In this document: positions 59,939 through 64,000 of the stretch, in pieces
How the letters are laid out: each line of letters opens with the position of its first letter
Position numbering within the stretch: the first letter of the stretch is position 1
Assembly (NCBI GenBank): GCA_023246655.1
Contig: JAHFHX010000005.1
Location: 67-64,066, forward strand
DNA length: 64,000 nt
Direction: 5' to 3'
Source of the DNA: Candidatus Magasanikiibacteriota bacterium
Lineage (GTDB): Bacteria; Patescibacteriota; Patescibacteriia; Magasanikbacterales; GWA2-37-8
Notes under the pieces: model-generated
Told to the model about the DNA's origin: nothing
Database searches by the model: none
The model's input: the letters and a program-made list of their open reading frames with translations, nothing else
Position numbers and translations under genes: made by a program

Positions 59939-61642
59939 TTATTTTAACCGTTCCCGCAGCAATTTCTCTACTACCACCGGATCCGCGCTCCCCTCCGTCG
60001 CCTTCATCGCCATGCCAATTAAAAATTTAATGATTGGGTCTTTGCCAGCTTTGAATTGAGCTACCTGAGCCGGGTAATTTTTTATTACTTCATCCACCAC
60101 GGCACCAATTTTACCAACATCGCTAACCTGCCCGTAGCCTTTTTCTTCCATAATATGCGTTGGGTCAAGATTAACACCGGAGTCGAGCATCGCGCCGAGA
60201 ATTTTTTGGGCGTTTGTTGAGTTTACGCGATTAGCATATACCAGGGCAATGAGTTCTGCAAAATTTTCTGGTTGAATTTTAAGAATTCGGATGTCAATTG
60301 TGCGTTCTTTCATGGCACCCATGAGTTTAGTGGTGAGCCACCCACCGGCAAGGCGGGCGAGTTCTTGGGCGGGTTTGCAAATCGGCGGACGAGCCCTCAC
60401 CCTGCCCTCTCCCGTGGGGAGAGGGTGTGATTGTCCGCCTCTCCCGGCGGGAGAGGTCGGGTGAGGGGCAATCGTACACTCATGCGTTTCGGGGAGGCTG
60501 TGGAGCCACTCGGACAGCTCGCTCATCACATTCTCCGCAAAATCTCCCCATACCTTGTCGGCAGTGAGCATAAACGCGTCAGCATAGGAGAAACCGTATT
60601 CTTTGTGGAAACGTTCTCGTCGTGTCTGCGGAAGTTCAGGAATGGTCACGCTCGCCGCAATCTCAAGGGGATGAAAAGCAGGAATATCTGGCTCCGGAAA
60701 ATAGCGATAGTCCGCCGAGGTTTCTTTGGAACGTTGGCGTACAGTCGTTTGTGTCGGGTCATCCCAGCCACGCGTCTCCTGGGCCCAACTCTCACCTTTT
60801 TCCAGCATCTCAGTCTGTCGCTTAATTTCAAACTCAATGGCTTTTTCCACCGCGCGGAACGAGTTAATATTTTTTACCTCAACTTTAGAATTTAATTTGC
60901 ATCCCGGCTTCGCCACAATCATTCCTTTTTCCTTGCTCCATGTTCCTTCCGTCTGCAAGGACACGTTCGCCTCACACCGCATCTGTCCTTTTTCCATATC
61001 GGCATCAGAGACACCAAGATAACGGAAAATGAGTTGTAATTCCTGACAGTACGTCTTGGCTTCTAACGCACTCTCAACGTCCGGCTCGGAAACAATTTCG
61101 ACGAGCGGTACTCCGGCACGATTGAAGTCGATCAACGTGCAATTGTCATTCTGAGAGAGCTTCGCAGCGACCGAAGAATCTAGTTGTCGCGAACTAGATC
61201 CTTCGCTGCGCTCAGGATGACAAATAGCATGGGCTAATTTAGCCGTATCCTCTTCCAAATGCACGCGCGTAATGCCGATGCGCGCCGTCCCTCGCGGATT
61301 TTTATCCGTCAACGTCAACTCAATTGCCCCATGTTCACCAATGGGTTCATCATACTGCGAAATCTGGTAACCTTTGGGCAAATCAGGATAAAAATAATGC
61401 TTACGATCAAATTTACTGTTCTCATTTATGCTGCAACCAAGCGCCCGCGCAATTTTTACGGTATCAATAATTGCCTGCTTATTTGGCACGGGCAATGTCC
61501 CCGGGTGCGCCAAACACACCTCGCATATGTTTACATTAGGAGTCTGGATGAACGGGTCATTCTTGCACGAACAAAACATTTTACTCGCTGTGTTGAGTTC
61601 AACGTGGATTTCAAGACCAATTATTGGTATATACTTGAGCAT
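59939..61642 (-). CDS. gatB: Asp/Glu-tRNA amidotransferase subunit B, with two in-frame inserts
   Basis: IGLEIHVEL, YFYPDLPKGYQISQ, HLEED, YRYFPEPD; inserts at 61144-61222 and 60393-60470. Confidence 0.97.
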   Translation of the reverse strand: MLKYIPIIGLEIHVELNTASKMFCSCKNDPFIQTPNVNICEVCLAHPGTLPVPNKQAIIDTVKIARALGCSINENSKFDRKHYFYPDLPKGYQISQYDEPIGEHGAIELTLTDKNPRGTARIGITRVHLEEDTAKLAHAICHPERSEGSSSRQLDSSVAAKLSQNDNCTLIDFNRAGVPLVEIVSEPDVESALEAKTYCQELQLIFRYLGVSDADMEKGQMRCEANVSLQTEGTWSKEKGMIVAKPGCKLNSKVEVKNINSFRAVEKAIEFEIKRQTEMLEKGESWAQETRGWDDPTQTTVRQRSKETSADYRYFPEPDIPAFHPLEIAASVTIPELPQTRRERFHKEYGFSYADAFMLTADKVWGDFAENVMSELSEWLHSLPETHECTIAPHPTSPAGRGGQSHPLPTGEGRVRARPPICKPAQELARLAGGWLTTKLMGAMKERTIDIRILKIQPENFAELIALVYANRVNSTNAQKILGAMLDSGVNLDPTHIMEEKGYGQVSDVGKIGAVVDEVIKNYPAQVAQFKAGKDPIIKFLIGMAMKATEGSADPVVVEKLLRERLK

Positions 61643-61654
61643 ACATCATGAAAA

Positions 61655-61765
61655 ATCTGCGAACATACGAACGGCTACGAACGTACGAACTACGAATAAT
61701 AATTAACGATGCCATTTTTGTTCGTAATTCGCATGTTCGTACTAAATTCGTACGTTCGTACATAA
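61655..61765. repeat. Empty TACGAA/TTCGTA hairpin upstream of gatB start
   Basis: cgaacatacgaacggctacgaacgtacgaactacgaat...ttcgtaattcgcatgttcgtactaaattcgtacgttcgta. Confidence 0.8.
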
Positions 61766-61850
61766 TTACGGTTGTTAGCTTACCATTCCTCTTGATTTTT
61801 GACAATATAAAAACCCCGAGTGAAACCCGGGGCCAAGTTGCCTGTGATAT

Positions 61851-62618
61851 TTAGATATTTGAGGGCGGAAGAGAGGAAGCTAAAGTAGTCGGGACAGGAT
61901 TTTTTTTGGCGCTGTGATACAAGAGTACCATGGCCAGAGTTGTAAGTGGGGCAATTAAGGCGCTGCTTACTGAAGTGGCAAAGTTGCGCACAACGTCCAT
62001 AACAAGCTCCGAGGAAATAATAAACGAGAATGGTGTGGCAATAAGAAATCGTATCACGACGGAGATAATGACAAAAAGTACATTAGGAGCAAAAATCAAT
62101 AGTGCCATTAACCACCAGCGACCAATAACCAACTTTTTGCTGGCTTTCAGAGCTTCGATACCACGTTGGTTGTCCAGAATGACAGCGTAGACAGCGAAAG
62201 AGAACCAGATGGTGAAGATCATTCCGGGAATAATAAAAAGGAGCGTGCCACCAAAAATAGCCAGACCAGCTAAGATTGAAGTAAAGATAAATGGCCAGAG
62301 TAGGCGACTAGAGGAGCTAAAAATTTGTTTCCATTCTGCCATAGTTTGGCCGCTCACAATTTGATTAACAGCATAGGTAAGAGAAACGGTGGCCCATAAA
62401 CTAAATAACAAACTGGCGACTACAACTACTACAATAATAATATTACTCATGAGAGCCGACGAAGGAATGAGTGAATTGAGGTACAGGCCCAGTACACCAA
62501 AAATGGAGCTGACGAGGGTGGGAAGGAATAGAAACAGCACGTAGATAGCCAAGCGCCGCCAATGCTGGCAGTAGGTTTTCCAGCTCGTAGTAATAAGTTC
62601 CGATAGTGAGATGAGCAT
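61851..62618 (-). CDS. Multi-pass membrane protein
   Basis: About 6 TM; LLFIIPG, AL..S..LV.GRWW. Confidence 0.8.
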   Translation of the reverse strand: MLISLSELITTSWKTYCQHWRRLAIYVLFLFLPTLVSSIFGVLGLYLNSLIPSSALMSNIIIVVVVVASLLFSLWATVSLTYAVNQIVSGQTMAEWKQIFSSSSRLLWPFIFTSILAGLAIFGGTLLFIIPGMIFTIWFSFAVYAVILDNQRGIEALKASKKLVIGRWWLMALLIFAPNVLFVIISVVIRFLIATPFSFIISSELVMDVVRNFATSVSSALIAPLTTLAMVLLYHSAKKNPVPTTLASSLPPSNI

Positions 62619-62641
62619 ATGCTCGAATGATGAATGAAGAG

Positions 62642-63355
62642 TTAAGAATGATGAATCAGGAGAGTTCGTAACAAGTCAGTGGCTCGTTTTTTCATTATAC
62701 CAACATTTTCTTCTGCCGGCAAATTATGAATAACGCTGCCACGCCTGGTAAATAGTCTTTGATAGTTTGAAGAAGCAAACGTGCGAGCAATTTTTTTCTG
62801 GAATGTTAAACGTTCAAAGATAACGTTATCTTGTTTATTAGAGCGTCCGGTTAAGCGCCGTAGGGCTTGCTCTGGATCAATCGCGAGCAACACCAGGTGG
62901 TCAGGGCGATACTGGAGCGCCAACTTGTTGCCAACGAGATTGCTAACGATCGTCGTGGTCAAACTTTTTTCCATTGTCGGTTGATAGCACAACGAAGTTG
63001 AGACGCCGCGGTCTTGGACGACACATTTTTTATCTTGGAGCGCGGGGATAATAATTTTTTTATACAAGATAAGGCGGTCCAGCGAATAACTTTCGGCAAT
63101 AGCGCGCGGTGGGTAGTTATTGTTTTTATTAATTAATTCTTCGCGAATAATTTTACCAATGCCAACGTAACTTGGTTCGGAGCTAAAAATAAAATCATAG
63201 CTTTTGAGTTCAGCGTATGCTGGATAGTCGCCATTAGTTTTCCAATAGTCAGTCAAATCAAAAATGGCGTTACCTTCGGCGGTAAGGTAGTCTTTCCAGG
63301 TTTTAATTATGGTACTTTTACCGGAGCCGTCGATGCCGTCGAGCATTATAAACAT
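62642..63355 (-). CDS. tmk: Thymidylate kinase
   Basis: DGIDGSGKST, EP, DR...TS..YQ. Confidence 0.92.
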   Translation of the reverse strand: MFIMLDGIDGSGKSTIIKTWKDYLTAEGNAIFDLTDYWKTNGDYPAYAELKSYDFIFSSEPSYVGIGKIIREELINKNNNYPPRAIAESYSLDRLILYKKIIIPALQDKKCVVQDRGVSTSLCYQPTMEKSLTTTIVSNLVGNKLALQYRPDHLVLLAIDPEQALRRLTGRSNKQDNVIFERLTFQKKIARTFASSNYQRLFTRRGSVIHNLPAEENVGIMKKRATDLLRTLLIHHS

Positions 63356-63418
63356 AACTATGTACGAAATTACGAAATGTACGAAAGATACGAACTATAA
63401 AATTTCGTACCTTTCGTA

Positions 63419-63895
63419 TTATTCGTATGTTCGCACATAAGTTACAAACGCCAACCCTTCCCGCTCCTCCCTCTCCATCTCTTTCCAAACCTTCTTATCA
63501 ATCTCCGGGAAAAAAACGTCCCCTTCAATCGTCTGGTGGACCTCGGTAATATAGAGTGTATCAGCCTGGTCGAACGTTTGTCGATACATTTCGCCGCCGC
63601 CGATTACCATCACGTCGCCCTTCGCATGGGTGTTCAAGGCCTCATCAATCGTATGGTACACCTCGACACCGGCAGGCACCACGAGATCAGTGTGCCTTGT
63701 CACTACCACATTCGTCCGATTTGGCAGTGGACGAAATTTTTCCGGAATTGATTCCCAGGTTTTCCGGCCCATTAAGACAACTTTCCCCGTGGTCAATTTT
63801 TTGAAATGCTTAAGATCCTCCGGCAGGTACCACGGAAGAGTGTTGCTTTTGCCAATGCAATTGTTGTCTGAGACAGCGGCGATGAGTGATAACAC
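63419..63895 (-). CDS. folA: Dihydrofolate reductase
   Basis: LPWYLPEDLKHF, MGRKTWESI, RPLPNR, IGGG; the GTG start lies within a repeat arm. Confidence 0.96.
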   Translation of the reverse strand: MLSLIAAVSDNNCIGKSNTLPWYLPEDLKHFKKLTTGKVVLMGRKTWESIPEKFRPLPNRTNVVVTRHTDLVVPAGVEVYHTIDEALNTHAKGDVMVIGGGEMYRQTFDQADTLYITEVHQTIEGDVFFPEIDKKVWKEMEREEREGLAFVTYVRTYE

Positions 63896-63971
63896 AGATT
63901 ACGCAGATTATAATGGATTACGCAGATTCGAATCTGTGTAATCCACTTAAATCTGTCTGAATCTGTGTTAT
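63889..63971. repeat. ACAGATT/AATCTGT hairpin joining the thyA stop to the folA start
   Basis: ataacacagatt...aatctgtgttat terminal inverted repeat. Confidence 0.85.
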
Positions 63972-64000
63972 ATCGCAATTGGGAAAGCAATTCTCGGATA
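63968..64000 (-). CDS. thyA: Probable thymidylate synthase, C-terminal 10 codons only
   Basis: YPRIAFPIAI* resembles ThyA C-termini; directly upstream of folA. Confidence 0.6.
   Translation of the reverse strand, partial: YPRIAFPIAI

Noticed and set aside
54148-61642. Protein inserts in CarA, CarB and GatB as inteins or self-splicing introns
   Set aside because: They are only about 10-50 aa, lack Cys/Ser...His-Asn intein ends and intron cores, and match intergenic palindromic DNA repeats.
1-64000. tRNA or rRNA genes, transposases, prophage genes
   Set aside because: I recognised no cloverleaf or rRNA signature and no transposase, integrase or phage structural motif by eye; tRNAscan/Infernal would be needed to exclude them fully.

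Overview
This 64-kb window looks like a standard-code chromosome segment from a Patescibacteria/CPR bacterium. That lineage call is an inference from the compact RpoB, AT-rich starts lacking Shine-Dalgarno (SD) sites, TrmB-type regulators and short orphan genes. Housekeeping genes include hicAB, recA, a rodZ-like gene, ftsK, rpoB-rpoC, ahpC-sod, yebC-ruvC, ruvA, ileS (with an Ile T-box), gatB, tmk, folA and the 3' end of thyA. Two biosynthetic blocks are unusual for such a reduced lineage: a complete de novo pyrimidine cluster (carA-carB-pyrB-pyrI-pyrC-pyrD-pyrK-pyrE-pyrF), and a polyamine route (arginine decarboxylase, deoxyhypusine-synthase-like enzyme, SET-domain protein, aguB, aguA). The strongest signal lies outside the gene list. 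(1) Two GxxExxY nuclease-fold genes and two four-helix-bundle genes are each bracketed by their own ~30-bp inverted repeats built from short (about 6-9 nt) tandem units. About a dozen 'empty' hairpins of the same design sit next to start codons, mostly at stop/start junctions. At thyA/folA the stop codon and the GTG start lie at the hairpin base. This suggests an undescribed cassette or intervening-hairpin system. (2) Several families of GC-rich palindromic repeats are inserted in frame into CarA, CarB, PyrK, GatB, IleRS and CapA, and into the T-box antiterminator loop. (3) Two parallel modules of GC-rich, SD-led orphan genes are transcribed divergently from a TrmB paralogue and end in the same conserved ~35-nt motif plus a terminator. 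All calls were made by eye; no searches or folding programs were run.
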